NCBI GenBank assembly: GCA_033238685.1
Contig: BRZM01000133.1
Span: 92,481 to 156,480, forward strand
From: Lates japonicus
Lineage: Eukaryota
DNA: 64,000 bases
Direction of reading: 5' to 3'
Each line of letters begins with the position of its first letter. Position 1 is the first letter of the stretch. The notes under the pieces are model-generated. The model was not told where the DNA came from, made no database searches, and worked only from the letters and a program-made list of their open reading frames with translations. The position numbers and the translations under genes were made by a program. Shown piece by piece: positions 1 to 14,945 of the stretch.

Positions 1-3000
1 TTATCAGTTAATCATCAAACGTTTTGCTGATTAATTTTCTGTTTATTTACGACTCAGCATAAAATCAGAAGACAAACCTTTTCTACTCGACTGAAAGGTG
101 TTTCAATAAAAACTGTAACGATGAATTGAATTATTGATTAATCACTTTCTCGATGCCTTCGAGTCCAACACAGAGATTTCAGTTTAAAATGATTTAAAAC
201 AGAAAAGCAGAATGAGTTTCTATTTAAGAGGCTGAATACAGTAACACTTTGTCGATTATCAAGATCAAACAGATGTACACTGGTCATCGATCATCAATCA
301 TTTGACTTTACATGAGGATAAAATCTAAACTCCCACAGTGACAGAGGAGGCAGAAACTACAGTAACATGGCTGCCTCCGAAATCTGCTCTGATGAAGCTG
401 AGGTGGCAGCTCCGAGAGAGGAGACACAAACTGAGTGTGTCAGGGTGAGAGTCAGCACGATGATGGTCACACACACACACACACATATCATTAATCTGAA
501 ATCCTGAGCTTCTCCTTTAACAATTTTAGTTATGTTACAGATCTGAATCCCTCCGTCACTGAAAGTCATGAATTTTGTCAGTGGAGTCTGGCAGTGATCT
601 GTAGTGATGTTTCTAGTTAAACTAAAACGATCTGACTCTTTAAGTTGTCAGACACTCCTCCTAGGTGTGTGACCATCTCGTCAGTGTGAAGAAAACCTTT
701 TAACTAAGTCTTGGTTAGTTACTGTGATTGATGGAGACACCCGAGCTGTACTCTCTCATCTGCTGCTGTTACTAACAGTTAAAGTACACAACAAAGGGGA
801 AACCAACAAGTCAAGTTCCAACCCATGGATACGACCCGTCGGAGCGTCCCAGCACCAGGTGTCACTACACAATAAAACATAACTATGGGTCGTAAGAAGT
901 TTCTTGTACAGACGACCTGTGGGGTCGACTGTTCAGCGGAGAAATAAAGTGAGCTGCTAGCAGCTCTAGTTAGACGCTGCCTGTGACGTGTAGCTACAGA
1001 AACACGTTTGTTTTCTTTGGTAACGTCTGCGATAAACATGTGGTTAAAGTTAACAAACAGCAGTTTCCCGTTTTCTCGTGTTTTGTCGATCTGTCGACCC
1101 CGACCTCGTCCCAACGCAGACTCTGTAGCTCCTTGTGTTACGTCACCTGACATCCTCCTGTCATGATCATTTCGGCCACTAGAGGTCCAGACCATTCACA
1201 GACACTGGGCATGCACATGCAGATGTAAACAGGAAGCAGATTGTTTGTTGCTTAGTTGCAGAAAATTCTTGGATTGACCAGCAGCAATGTAGAAAGAGCA
1301 GAGATTTCTTTGCTTGGAGCAACGTCGAGGTGGAACTGTTCGAGATGAGGATACAGCCAATCAGAGGAGGATATGTCGTGACTGATGAGACCCAGTCAGG
1401 AAGTGAACATGAGCATCTGCGTCATCGTTTCTGTCCGTCCAGACTAAAACACAACCCTGGAGTTATATTACATTATATTAGACTGAGTGTGACTCAGTCT
1501 AATATAATGTAATATAACTAAACAAGTATAAAATGTGATATTTATCAGCTCTTGTTCCTTTTTGCCTCTTTATGTAAATCTTCAGTTTTTAGGCCTGAGA
1601 GCAGGTTTTACAGCCTGAGTCTGTAGAGCAAGTGAAAGGGAGGTGGATGACACTGACCAGCCATCATCCTGTATTTAATAGAAGGTCTGTATCGAGTCAG
1701 TACATCAGCTAACTGTGGGTCTATCCCCAGCATGAAATAAACATTATCAAAGCATGGAGTCATTACGCTGCTGCTGCAGAGCTAAAAACAACAGGCTCTG
1801 ATGGCTTTAATGGTCATCTCTTCCTGATAATTTTCCCTCCTGACTCCTAAGTGTCCGACGCCGCTCGATGCAGCCGACGCTAATCCTGCCACTTACCAAA
1901 AAAGAATGAAAGCAACAGCAGGTTAATTGCTGTGGGAGTCGGCCGTTTAGACCCCTGCCCCCTTTAATGATCCTTCAGCCTTTCATTAAAGACCTTTCAC
2001 CCTTTATTCAGCGTTCAGTGACGAGAGGAACAAAAGGAGAAAATTAGCATGTGAGCACAAAACAGAGACTGTGGCTTTTTTAATCTCTCTTTAAATCATG
2101 TAAAACCTACAAGCATCCACATTAACATTTTATAAACACATGTCCACACTGAAAGACTGAACAAAGAGAAGAGCTACAGTTCTTCCTCTTCGTACCATTT
2201 CAGACTGAAGTTACACTAAAACATCCGATTTCTAAAATGTGGAAACCACCACAGTTCCCAGGTCATTTTAAACCCAGTATTTGACTGGACCGCTTCAGAT
2301 CAGCGCTCTGTCTACTTCCAGACGGTTTCAGTCCTTTATCTGTTTGATTCTCTCCTTCTGTCTGTGCTCATGTAGGCAGTATTTTAAGAAGAAAGTTGGA
2401 CATATTCAGCTGCTGTGTGGGCAGCTGAATGAGACACATAGAGAGGTCCAACCTCGTGCACCTCGTCGCCAGATTTGTCACTTTTGAGAAAAAGTTTTTA
2501 AACGGGTCTGAAAAGTTAATCTAGCAACAAAGGTGCTGAGTTGATGAGTTGTTCCTGCCAAATCATTTTGAAAGAGCAGCGACTGACGGAGAATCTGCAA
2601 TAATCAGCCGAGTGTTGGAGTTTCAGCCAACAACAGACAATCGCCTCTATAGAGCTGGCCAACAAGACCAACCAGAAAATGACTAAATCTCCTCCTCAAA
2701 CCTGTTGATCACAGCCACAGGGCGTAGGTTTGCTTTCAGACGTGGAGAGGACCTGGTGAAAGAAAAAAACATCTCTTTAGTTACAGGCTGAACCTTCTTT
2801 TGATAACTAACACCTCCAACACCCTGACATGATGAACTAACACTGTAACTTTATCAGAAAGTCTCCTGACAGAATCATCGTAGTAGAAGTTTCTAACAGC
2901 TGTATCATCGTGTGATCGGCTGTACTGAGAATTTAAAAATCAGGTCTATGAGGACGTCAGAGTTAATTTGACTGACACTCGTCTCTGAACATGAAACTCT

Positions 3001-3587
3001 CCTGGTTCAGTCATCAAGAGAAAATGAGCAGCTGTGTTAAAAAACATCTGGTTAAAACCTGGACTGAAGGAGAGAAGTCCACTACAACTCCCAGCGTGCA
3101 TTTCACCAACAAACAATCCATCTGTAAAAATGTGTTTAATAGGAGACAGAGAGAGTTTGAGAGCTCAGAAAGACGTATCTCTGTGTGTCAGGATCTCTGT
3201 GAATGCATTAGTTGTAATGTGAACATGTCTCTTTGAAGGACAGTGTGTTGTAACTTGTTTTAAATTACACTGCGGCTAAAGAAATGCACAGCATCTGTAA
3301 GAAAAGACTCTGCATTTGTCAGCTTTTACAGAACAAAGTAGCGCTGCAGTGTTTGGTCCCTGGGGGGAGATGAGGGAGGGAGGGAGGGGGGAGTACAAGT
3401 GATCAATCGAGTCGTGGCAGGTCATTACAATATTCAGTGTGTAGGTGCTGCGACAGAGCTTTCCTCCAAATCTGCTCCTTAGGAAGTCGTTTGTCCTCGA
3501 GGCTGTCGCTCACATCGATGAGGCATTTATAACCTCCACACAGCACATCACAACTACATCTATCAGTTAGTTATTGATCGGTTAGAT

Positions 3588-3826
3588 TGTCTGTGTTACT
3601 GTGTGACTTTCACTGGTGGAAGAAGTAATCAGATACTTTACTGAAGTAAAAGTACCACACAGTAACACAAACACACTAACAGATGGAGGCAGTGGTATTC
3701 CAGCAGCTCCCAGTAAAATCCCTATTTTTGTCAATGGACAAAAGTTAGTTTTCTGGTTAAACTAAAAGGATCTTCCTCTTTAATAAAAAGCTCTGTCTCT
3801 GTAGGAATCCTGTCATAATGTTAGAT
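3588..3826. mobile_element. MITE-like element copy (left arm truncated)
   Basis: Shares the central hairpin and right arm with the 8322-8630 copy. Confidence 0.65.
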
Positions 3827-5662
3827 TAAGGAAAATAAAAGCTGGAGTTCTCCTCCTTTAACAACCAGCTTTATTGAACAGCAGTAACGTACCACTTTAA
3901 CCACCGAGTGTGTAATTATTCCTCTATAATTATCCACTCCCAGTGTTCACGCAACAGTGTAATGACTGACAATATAATATCCCCCTCTGAACAACCTCTT
4001 CACTCTGTTCATATCTGCAGCTGATAAATTACATTATTGTTTCATGGTTTTTCATATGAGTCTCAGTAAACTTCACCAATGACCAGTGGGACGCGAAATA
4101 AAATCGAGACTGAGCTCATGTCCACCTACACAAAAGACCAGGAGCCAGAAACCTCAGCAGCTGGCAGCAAGAAACCGTTGAGTCACAGGAATAAATCAAC
4201 CAACCTTATCAACCCACACCCGTAGATCTGGGTTATAAATATTTTGAGCTCGAGGTAACAGAAACTTTCTTCTTCTTCTTGGCCTTTTGCAGAACTGAGG
4301 TAAATAATTGTGTTCTACATTTTCGTGACTCATCTGTGTCACAGTTTTGGCTTGAAACCTTTCGTGATGAAGACTTCACAGTCTGAGCAGAGGAGCAGTT
4401 TGACAATAAATATTTCAAACAATCTCAACCACAAGATGGATGCAGGAGCTGTTATGGAGCTCTCAGCCTCTTCTCATGATCTTCCTCAGCTGATTATCAT
4501 GGAGTTAGATGTTCATCTTCCTTTTATTTCTGAGCACATTGAGTCTTTTCCTCCATGTTGGCTTAAAAATTGGGATTATTGTTGAACTTAGAAACATCAG
4601 TCAACAAAATAATGTCATCAATATGTCCATGTAGCAGCTGTTCCAGAGCTTTTGATTTGTACCAGACTATATTAAAACTAAAGTCCTCAGAAAAATGGAA
4701 ATTTAAACATCTTATGCTGAGGAAGACCATGTGATACAGCTGAAAGCTATATTTTTTTGGTCTGTGTCTTCAGTCCTTCATGTTAAAAAAAATCCTACTT
4801 AAGCTCAAACTCAGCTCTTGTTTTGTTTCCTTTAATATCTGAGTGTGTTTCAGTACGTTTCTGTCGTCTGCTGCTTGAATTAGTTTCGACACCTGGGACC
4901 TCAAAGAGACGTCTGTTTCTGACAGCGAAGCAGATAAAACAGTTTTTTCATTTCAGAGCAGCAGTTTAATATTCTCTCTTAAATCTCCCGATGCTGCATT
5001 TAATAACACTGCTGTTATTAGAATAGAAAAAAAACCAATCTGAATAATAACCAATTTTCCCACCTCACTCACTTTTGTGTCTGTTAGATGATTGTTTTTA
5101 AAGCCTGGTCACATACCAGAGCAGACAAGTTTGAAAATACATTGATAGTCCTTCCCCTTCTGCTGCGTAGCCAAGATGGCGACCTTTGAGGTTGAGTGGT
5201 GTCCATTGTTCCACTTTCAGCTCTCTGACCATTTTGAGTCACCGTCGTAGACAATGTGGACAAACATTTGAACTCAAAATAGTACGAATGAGTGATTGGA
5301 GACACAGGGTGAGTTTTTAGTTTTGATGCATCAGTGTTCACCTAATGGCAATAACTTTTTTAGGCCTCTGATGCATGGCTTTACAGTTATATCACCACCT
5401 GTTGGTCGGGCGTTTGTTCCTTGTTACACAATGTTAAAACCTGTGATGACCAACAAACACGTGTTTGTCTTTGGTTTGTTTGACTTTAACTTTGTTGTTT
5501 TCAGGGATCAGTCATCAGAAGCAAAAAGAATCAAACTATTCAGAGCCTGTCATGATCAATAATCAGAACCGTCATCAAAATCTGATTTGTCTCTTTGCTC
5601 CTTCTCAGAGCGAGGCTTCCCGTCAGCGTTTCTTCAACACTTACCTTTGTCTTCATCGTCCA

Positions 5663-5903
5663 ATGGCCACCAGTCCCAGCGCCGCCCAGCCGACCAGCAG
5701 CATGGAGGAGACGCAGCAGCCCGACCAGCCAATCAGCACGCAGCCGGACGCCGGAGAAGCCAACCACGTTACCGTGACCTCTCAACCGGCCGCCGCTGAA
5801 CCAGAAGCCCCCTCCTCTACAACAGACGCCCCCGAGGCCAAACAGACAGAGGAGGGAAAGTCCATGGAGCACCTGACGGTGATCAGTGACAACATGGAGA
5901 CCA
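5663..5903 (+). CDS. prrt2: PRRT2-like dispanin (CD225 family), first coding exon, N-terminal Pro/Ala/Ser-rich region
   Basis: ATG at 5663 in ORF 5465..5938: MATSPSAAQPTSSMEETQQPDQP...DNMETS. The exon ends at a GTAAAG donor at 5904. The frame is continuous with exon 2 (phase 1). Confidence 0.65.
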
Positions 5904-6704
5904 GTAAAGACAATATCTGTTTTCTTCTCTTCAGTTAGTGACGATAGACAATAAAGCCAAAGGTTGAGAAGTTCTTGTATCTGCCACCAGTTCAAACAGT
6001 GATGTCTTACTTCCATATTTTCACTGTGCTCTTATTTAAACTGAGATAGAAAACAAAGTAAACCAAGTGTTATGACCTGATTATCTCAACAGTAAAGACC
6101 TCTGTGTGGTTTCTATCCTCTGCAGCTTAAACTTACAGAAGTTGACGTTTATTATATAAAAATGCATGTTCACTACAATGTCTTTATGTCCCATAAATGG
6201 AACAATGTGACCCGTTTACCACAACTTAAACACTAAATATCTTGATGTTTGCTTTCCATGTAGACCGATGCATGTGAAGCCAGTTTGTAGTCTTACGCCC
6301 TGATGGGGATAATGAAGACCATGTTTGGTATCTTAAAGTAATGTTGTAATTAAATCATTCACACTGAGCCGGACAAATCAAGCGAAGCTGGAAAGGGCTG
6401 AAAGAGGTCAGAGGTCCACCTGTTTGCTAATTTAACTGACTGCACAACAAACTGAAGCTGTGAGAGCTTAGAGATGTGTTCTGCATTTAAACCTGATCCT
6501 GAGGCTCTGTGTCAGACTGAGTATCTCAAACCAGGATCTCCTAATGAAACTAAGACTAATGAGGTGTCCCAGTATAATCAGGTTATCTTGGTATAACAGG
6601 CTTCAAATTACAGCTGTGCTCATGTGCTCTGCTTGTACCTAATGGGATTTTTACCTTTAAAAAAATCAGTATTTTTAAGCACTCTTGGTGATGAAGAACG
6701 TTAA

Positions 6705-7058
<354 letters not shown>

Positions 7059-7813
7059 TGAAAGAGAAACCCAGACAGTTACCAATAAGACTGAGACTGT
7101 CCTTTGAAAAGCAATGATGTGTTTAATCTGTGTAGGTTCTCAGTCATCCAAGTCATGGTAGTCATAAGTGCTAGATTTGAAGGTTTTAGGATCTCAGGAC
7201 TGCGTTATAGGTAGCTGATAGTTGGTGTTGCAAGCCACCACCTCTGTTCATGGATGGTTGTTCCAGTTGGACATAGATGGATGGATAGACTCTCTCTCTC
7301 TCAAACCATCTGTCGTCTCTGTCCAAAATGTGGACGTTATCGTTCTAATACCTTAGGACTCCCCAACCAGCCTCTAGAACTGAGGAACCATTTCAGATGA
7401 GAGGTGAAACGTCTTTAAGAAACCTAAAAGAAATCCAGTTGCCTTCAACTCTAGCACTTATGACCTGGTGTGTTTATAGTTTTACTGTTTTAAACAAACC
7501 AGATATAAGGCATAAAGGTGTTTTTTTGAACCTGCTTCCAGCCTGTTATTTATATGGCAGAATCATTAATACTGACCTTTAGATTGATCATCATTTATCA
7601 ATAATATTGCCTTTTTTTTAATCCTCTTGAAGTTTATCTCAAAATAATGGATTAATTATCTTGTTATCTTTTTAATGACCAACTGTTTCTTATTATCTCA
7701 ACTTAATTATTCTAATTTTCTACATCATAGAGTTTCTGCTGTACTCTGCAAACCCAAAACCAGGTTTAAATCCTCAAGCTTAAAAACGTCTTCCTCCTTT
7801 GTTTTCTGTTCAG

Positions 7814-7954
7814 TCCAGGAACAGTCTGCAGCAGGGAAACGTTGACGGAGCTCGTCGTCTGGGTCGTAACGCCATGGTTCTGTCTGTCGTCTCCATCTTG
7901 GGAGGGATCGCCATCATCACTGCAGCTATCGCCCTCAACTGGGGATGTAAGTGA
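7814..7954 (+). CDS. prrt2: PRRT2-like exon 3: second hydrophobic segment and C-terminus
   Basis: Acceptor ttctgttcag at 7813. It encodes [46 protein letters not shown]-stop; human PRRT2 ends [18 protein letters not shown]...INLGVYK. Reading through gives a stop at 7952-7954. A G|GTAAGT donor at about 7947 could instead send the last few codons to a downstream exon. Confidence 0.7.
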   Translation, partial: SRNSLQQGNVDGARRLGRNAMVLSVVSILGGIAIITAAIALNWGCK

Positions 7955-8321
7955 CGTCAGGCTGTTTAACTCCTGCAGACCAGATTTCACAATAAATTTA
8001 GTCTCTGTCAAGAAAGTTCAACATCACTGATAATATTCTGTATCAGCTCTTATACTGAGAAAGACACATCTGAGAAAACCAGTTTGAGTTCTGGTTTACA
8101 AATCAACAGATTTAAAGGATAACTCTGGTGTTTTTGATTCTAGGTCATACTTCCCCATGTTTCTGGGTGTAAATGATTGATAGAGACAAAAGTCTTTGGA
8201 ATCCAAGCAGTATCAATCAGGAACAGTCAACCAACAGCTGCTGTGATGGTTCACGTCAAAGTCACTAAAGTTCTTGTTTTTACCACTGACAGACTCAGAT
8301 TGTTATTCTAAGTGTCTGACA

Positions 8322-8630
8322 ACATTATGATAGGATTATTAAAGAGTCAGGTCCTTTTAGTTTAACCAGAAACATCTCTATATATCTCTACCAGACTCCA
8401 TTGACAAAAACAGAGATTTTACTGGGAGCTGCTGGAATACCACTGCCTCCATCTGTTAGTGTGTCTGTGTTACTGTGTGGTACTTTTACTTCAGTAAAGT
8501 ATCTGATTACTTCTTCCACCACTGAAAGTCACACAGTAACACAGACACACTAACAGATGGAGGCAGTGGTATTCCAGCAGCTCCTGGTTAAATCACTGTT
8601 TTTGTCAATGGAGCCTGGTTGTCATATATA
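8322..8630. mobile_element. Palindromic MITE-like element, complete copy
   Basis: Arms of about 100 bp are almost perfect inverted repeats (ctaacagatggaggcagtggtattccagcagctcc...gtcaatgga) around a central hairpin (gtaacacagacacac / gtgtgtctgtgttac). The same element recurs at 3588, 14617, 25265, 55585, 57765, 60895 and in degenerate form elsewhere. Confidence 0.75.
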
Positions 8631-8687
8631 ATGATGAAAAAAAAACACAGCCAAATGTGATTCATGTTTCAGTGCACCATCTCATAG

Positions 8688-8688
<1 letters not shown>

Positions 8689-8723
<35 letters not shown>
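8689..8723. repeat. (TC)n microsatellite
   Basis: ctctctct... run of about 17 units. Confidence 0.9.
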
Positions 8724-8726
<3 letters not shown>

Positions 8727-11214
8727 AGTGATATAAAATCCTGATGAAATCATCTCGAACAGTGAGACCGACTTCACGACTCAATCTGAACCGACACGAC
8801 ACCGCCTCCCTCCCTCCCTCCCTCCCTCCTGCTCCTCAGCACTGTCCTTCTCCAGCACCTGCATCGGATAAAAACAAACAAAAAAAAATCCCCTCCTGTT
8901 CTTTGCTGTTGTTTCTTGCTGCACGACGAGCATGGTCTGCCTGACGCTCTACCTCCGACATGACCGACCGACCAACCCACTCCTGACACCAACGCCCCGA
9001 TCCTGAACAGGAGAAAGGATGGTGGCAGCTTCCCTCCTCCTCAGACTGCTCTCTACACTTTCTCTCATTGATGAACAAGTGTGTCTGTTGTCATGGAGAC
9101 GGACATCTGTATCTATGGAGATGGGATTATTCTGATCTCTACATGAGTCTCCATGCCACAGGTCCAGAACTGGAGCAAAACCCAGGGGGATGTGGTTTTG
9201 ACTTTTTGATGCCAAAAAAAAAAGAGAGAGAAGCTGAAGCTGAAGCTGCAGTGATGAGCTGTCAGTGGTTTTACTGTGAAGGCAGTGAGGTGTGATGTGA
9301 GAAAGTGTTGGACTGTGTCTGTGTCCTGTTCCTGTTGTGTTTGTTACGCACACACAAACACAAACACAAACACAAACACAGACTGAGACAACAACTCTGC
9401 TGCTGCTGCCTGACGTCTCGCTTCTCGTTCATCCGTCTGTCCGTCCGTCCGTCTGAGAAAATGAAGCATGTTCCATCGGCGAACGCACATCCACCATGTT
9501 TACTGTAAAGTTAATAATCCTCCAGGTGTGGCTCATGTTCAGCTCAACTCACCTGTGATGTTTAACCTGCAAAGATCTTCTGGGACATGGTTCATTTAAA
9601 GCCACTAAAAAACCTGAGATATAATCTAAACACTGTCCAGTATCTTTATCTAAACCTATGAGGTGAGTCTCATACTGTTCTGTTCAGGCTGGACTGTTGA
9701 ATGAAATGAAAGTTTTCTTACTCCAGGACCTGAACCTGGACGTCCTGGTTTCACCTCGGCTCTACGTTTATCGCTCCTCTCTTCCCTCTCGTCTGTCGGC
9801 CGTCTTAGCTGCCCCAAACTATTTTTAAAAAAGCAGAAAACTATCATTTTAAAAAGAAATACCAACACTACTGGAGTGAACCACATGGTAAACTGCACAG
9901 TAAAGTTTTCTCCCTGAGCGTTCAGAGGCTGTGGTCGTCTGGACGTCTGAGAGCTCTCAGATTCCAGCTGAGTCCCTCTGGTTCAAACATCTTTTATTAT
10001 TCTCTCTGACCACAGCAGCTGCAGCCGTTTCCCTCTTAATGGACGTGAAGTGATGGGCAGTGTGATACTGGTCTCTGGGATCTTCAGGCCCTCTATTAAT
10101 TTAGGGGATCGAGGTTACATTTACGCTGCAGATCTGGACTCTGAGTCTTCAGGTTCCCACGGTCCTGATGCAACATGAGCCGGATCAGTTTGACTTTCTC
10201 TCTCCGGCTTTTTCATTTCCCTCTGTTCTGCAAATGTCAGTCCTTTCTCCTTCTCAGGTTTTTCTCTGCAGTTCCTGGCGTGTCGTTCACTTTACTTTGC
10301 TTCAGTGTTTCTCATGATCCTGTGACATGATGTTAAATCTCTTTAAAACCTCCAGTCACACGATCAACACGTTCTTCATTCCTCCTGTTCATACCACCCA
10401 TGAAAACATCACTTCCAACTTCATCTCCAGTCTGAGTGATGGAGGATAAAACCTCCTCCCTCCTTTTCCCAGCGTTTATCTGAAGTCAGTTTGAGACTAA
10501 AGCAGAACTTTCTGTCTCTGTAGGTTTCCTCTGGCACAAAACCTTCAGAACCATCCACTTTATTTTGCTCCTTCCAGACTTCTGAGACGTTAAACTGTAT
10601 TTTTGAGTAAAAAGCATGGATGTCGTCCTCCATCACTTACATTGAAATCTCTCTCTCTTTTATTTTAATGTGAGTTTGGAGCAGGAGCGACTGCAGCAGT
10701 TAAACCTGTCTCCATGCTCCTGTTTGTCCCTGGATTATTGTTTAAAGACAAACGTGGGAAAATGTGAACTCATCCTTTAAACTGTGCAAACAGAATACAC
10801 TAACTGTCACTGCACCAACGTGAAAAATACTGAGATTTATTTTAACGCTGCTTCACATTAAAACTCATTTCCAAACATTGAACTCTTACTGACAGTTTAA
10901 GGTTTGACCATGAAACAAATGATTGGATTTTTTGAAAGTTATTTTTATGTTGCGGCTCCAGAATCCCTACAGTAAATAGGCCACTAACTTTTTTTAGTTT
11001 ACCTATTTCTGTTACAGAACATGTTCAGTATCAGTTAGTATCAGTCTGCCCATCACCACAATGTACAGGTGTGTGATGAAGCCAGGTGGAGCCAGGTCAT
11101 CAACCATCGTTATGAACCTCAGTGGTTTGTTCTGATTGGCTGCAGCTCTGGCTGTGAACGGATCATTGGCTGATTAACACCTTGATTTCTGTGTCAACCT
11201 GCTCAGAAACTCAG

Positions 11215-11216
<2 letters not shown>

Positions 11217-11247
<31 letters not shown>
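11217..11247. repeat. (GT)n microsatellite
   Basis: tgtgtgtg... run of about 15 units. Confidence 0.9.
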
Positions 11248-11249
<2 letters not shown>

Positions 11250-14129
11250 ACAGATGCTGTGTGGACTCGTGGTGTCAGGGGGAGGAGCTAAGCTGGTGTG
11301 ATGGAGCGCCGTTTCCTGTATCCTGTGCATGTTTACAATATTTTTATCAGAATGCTTTTACAGAAGACTGTAGCCTCAGTTAGCAGCGGAGCTAACTGAG
11401 TTAGCAGAAGAGCTAACTGAGTAGCACTTTGTAAATAAACAGAACGAGAAGTAACGTTTTCTCTCTGCGTCCTGACGGAGACGCAACAGACCCACAAACA
11501 CCTGAACTGTGGGTTTGTCGTGTTGTTTTTTAGAACATGTCGCTGCTGTGAAGACGAAGCTCGGCTCGAAGGTTCGAACCTGTGACACGTCTGAACTTTG
11601 CACCAATCAGACGGCGTCTCTGCGCAGGGGTGAGGTCAGGTGAGGTCAGGCTCCCAGGTGGGGGAGGGGGGGAAGGTCACGTCGTACGAGATGGAGAAGG
11701 CTCCGATGAAAACGACTTGTGGTTGTGGTTGTTTGAGGATTAAACACAATAAAACATCAGATCCATTAGATGTGAGTTAAGTCACGCTGAGTGATGGTCC
11801 ACTGAGGCGGCCATGTTTGTTTGGGTTTCTCCGTACTATTTAGCAGTGAGTTGGATAAATCATGTTAGCTCAGAGGGTCACCTCCGTCCTTCACTCCACC
11901 CTCTCCTGTACTGTATGTAGCATGCCCTGTTTACTAATCACATTATGCAAAACAACAAAAAAACAAAAAAAGGCTGCGGCTCGGTGTCAGTACGAATGCT
12001 AGCTTCTCTGGTTTTTTGTATGAACTTGCTTGCGCTACCTCTCAGAGTTGCCTCCGGTGTGTTTCTGACTGCGCCTCACGCTTCTCACTCTGATGATTTG
12101 ACTGTTAAACTCTGTGCTGTCGTTTCGTTGTTCATTGTGTTACTGTTGGAGAGTTTCACTGCTTCCTTTGTGATTCTGACGATTCATGTGCAGGGTTTTA
12201 TTTGTGGACACGTTCATACTAATCTACAGCCGCTGTGTGTTCACGACCTGAAAACACAGAGATGAAAAGTTCTGAGGAAGATTTTAGGAATCAGCTGAGA
12301 AAAAGTGATGTCTCTACTTCAGAGATGAGCTGACGACGTGTTTGGGCTAGCTTAGCACAAACACTGAGGTAAGCTAGCTGCTAGTTAGCGCGCTAAAAGT
12401 GAAAAACCTTAATTTAATGTGAATTATTCAAATTTTCCAACAGTCTGAGCTCAGCCTCTCGGTCAGTCCACACTCAGGTTAAACTGCTCTGATTTGTTGC
12501 TGTTTAGTTCTGATGTTGGACACAGATCCACAGACGTCACCTGAGACAACTCCTCAACATGTTAAAACGTCAGTGTTTAATTCAGGAGCACGACTCATTA
12601 ATCAATGAGAACTAAATTTAACTCGATTATATTTCCTCTAAGACTAAACCTGGGAGCAGAGGAGATCCAGCTGAGACAGGTTCACCTGTACAGGTGAGAA
12701 ACCGAGCAGTATCAGTCTGAACAGGTCTGAACAGACTGTGAATCCTGCACAGACCTTTTCATCTCTGATCACTCTGTACAGACGCTGTTTTGTGAAGCTC
12801 AGTTTGTTTAATCACCTGAGAGGAGAAACCATCTTCCTCTGGGTTTTTCTTTTCTTTCTCTGTCACTTTTTTCTCTCCTTCTATCATTTTCATTTCTTTT
12901 GTAAAAGCTCTTTTGACACCTGATCTTTGTATTTTTATATTTCTATTCTCATCCTCTTTTGTATGGACATGGTAATCTACTGTTTGTAACGCTCTGTATA
13001 ACCTGCTTCCTGCTTGCTTTTTCTAAAGGTGTGTGTGGGGGGGGCTGTAAGCATGAGTAGACCGTCAGGCGACTTCATTACGTCTCTTCTCTTATTATTG
13101 ATTGCCGTCACCTGACACTGGACTCTATCTGTGCCTGTGCATGCCTTAAATCGACTGCTTTATAAAGCGTACTGAATGAGTTTGGGTGTACACTATACAT
13201 TTATCAAAGACACTGTTGATCTTGACTACTGATGTTGAGTATTTGATCATGTTTGAAGGGAATAAATCCCAGTTAAATACGACCTGCTCCTCGTCTGCAG
13301 CTTCATGACTCTGATCACACACAGCTCTGTGACATTTAATGGAGAAATAAATGTAGGAAATGTGACGATCATCAGTGACACAGCATCTTGAATCAGGTCT
13401 GAGCATTAAAACATAAGTCAAACAATCAGACAGACTTTATTTTCATACAAAACCAATGTAACAAAACAGTAAAAAAAAACATCCTGAAACCATGAAATAA
13501 CGGACTCAATAAAAACTGTTAGAAATCTCTCAAAATAACAGAAGTGAGGTGTGAAAAAAGAAATGTTTTAAAATGAGTAAAAGCAGAAATAAAAAGGTTT
13601 TAAAAAGGGGAAACAATTCAGAAAATAAAAACCGAATAAAAGGAAAAACTAAGCAGTAGAACAGAATAAAATCACTGATAAATAGAGGAATAAATAAAAA
13701 ACTAAAACAGATGAAATTCAGTTTGAATCCAGACTGAAGGTCCTCACAAACACTGATTTAATATTGAAGCCTCTGGTTCATCTGTGTCATAATCACATCA
13801 TCAGTTCACTGTAGAAAGTGACGACATGAACCTTAAAAACTCGTCACAACAACCTGCAGGAAAGGCTTTTATTTTCTTAAATGTCTCAAACATGCTTTTA
13901 TTTTGCAGGGTTTGTTCATTTTCTGATGTGACAAGAAGAAAATTAAGAGACAGAGAGGAGAGAGAGAAGGAGCGAGGGAGTGGGCTTCATTTCTTTTTAC
14001 GCCCAGTTTCTAGGACGAGGGAGAGCGGGTTGTCACGGCAACCGTCGGCAAGGGAGTGAGCGGGAGGCGGCGGGTGATGCTGGGATGGGGCAGGAGAGAA
14101 GAGAGGGTCTGATTCTTCACTGTTAATAA

Positions 14130-14135
<6 letters not shown>

Positions 14136-14162
<27 letters not shown>
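14136..14162. repeat. (CT)n microsatellite
   Basis: tctctctc... run. A GA/GGA-rich purine tract follows at 14215-14470. Confidence 0.85.
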
Positions 14163-14164
<2 letters not shown>

Positions 14165-14616
14165 TTCATTTGAATTTTAGATTCTTATAAATTATTTAAA
14201 GACTCCACCGCTGAGGAGGAGGAGGAGGAGATGAGGGGGGGGGGGGAGGAAAGGAGGAGCTGCAGAGAGGAAGCATGGTGAGCTGTGAAAGAGAAGCAGG
14301 GAAAGCAGAAATGAAAAAAGTGTATTAGATGTGTGTGGGTGAGGAGACGAGGCTTAACTGAGATAAATGGAGGTGTTGGTCTGGGTGTTTCTGGGTGGAG
14401 GTGCCTGCGGGGGGGGCGGTGTGTCATAATGCAGCTGAGAGAGGAGGAGGAGGAGGCTGGATGTGAGGTGAAGCAAACAATAACGGAGAGGAAGAGATAA
14501 ACAACTGTAAACATGGAGGAGTGAATGTTTCTGATCGGAGACATTTGATCGAATCACATCAGAACAGGAAAACTGTCATTAAAGGGAGCTCAGGTATTTA
14601 TGAACCTGTCACTGAC

Positions 14617-14945
14617 AACATGATGATAGGATTCCTACAGAGACAGAGCTTTTTATTAAAGAGGAAGATCTTTTAGTTTAACCAGAAACATCTCTATATA
14701 TCACTACCAGACTCCATTGACAAAAACAGGGATTTTACTGGGAGCTGCTGGAATACCACTGCCTCCATCTGTTAGTGTGTCTGTGTTACTGTGTGACTTT
14801 CAGTGGTGGAAGAAGTAATCAGATACTTTACTGAAGTAAAAATAGCACTCATTAACACAAACACACTAACAGATGGAGGCAGTGGTATTCCAGCAGCTCC
14901 CAGTAAAATTCCAGTTTTTGTCAATGGAGTCTGGTAGTGATATAT
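14617..14945. mobile_element. MITE-like element, complete copy
   Basis: Near-identical to the 8322-8630 copy, including the flanking gatgataggattcctacagagacagagc and tttagtttaaccagaaacatctctatatatc segments. Confidence 0.75.

Noticed and set aside
5540-6016. The 158-aa minus-strand ORF
   Set aside because: It is antisense to the PRRT2-like first coding exon and has GC-rich open frames on both strands. The + frame continues correctly into downstream exons.
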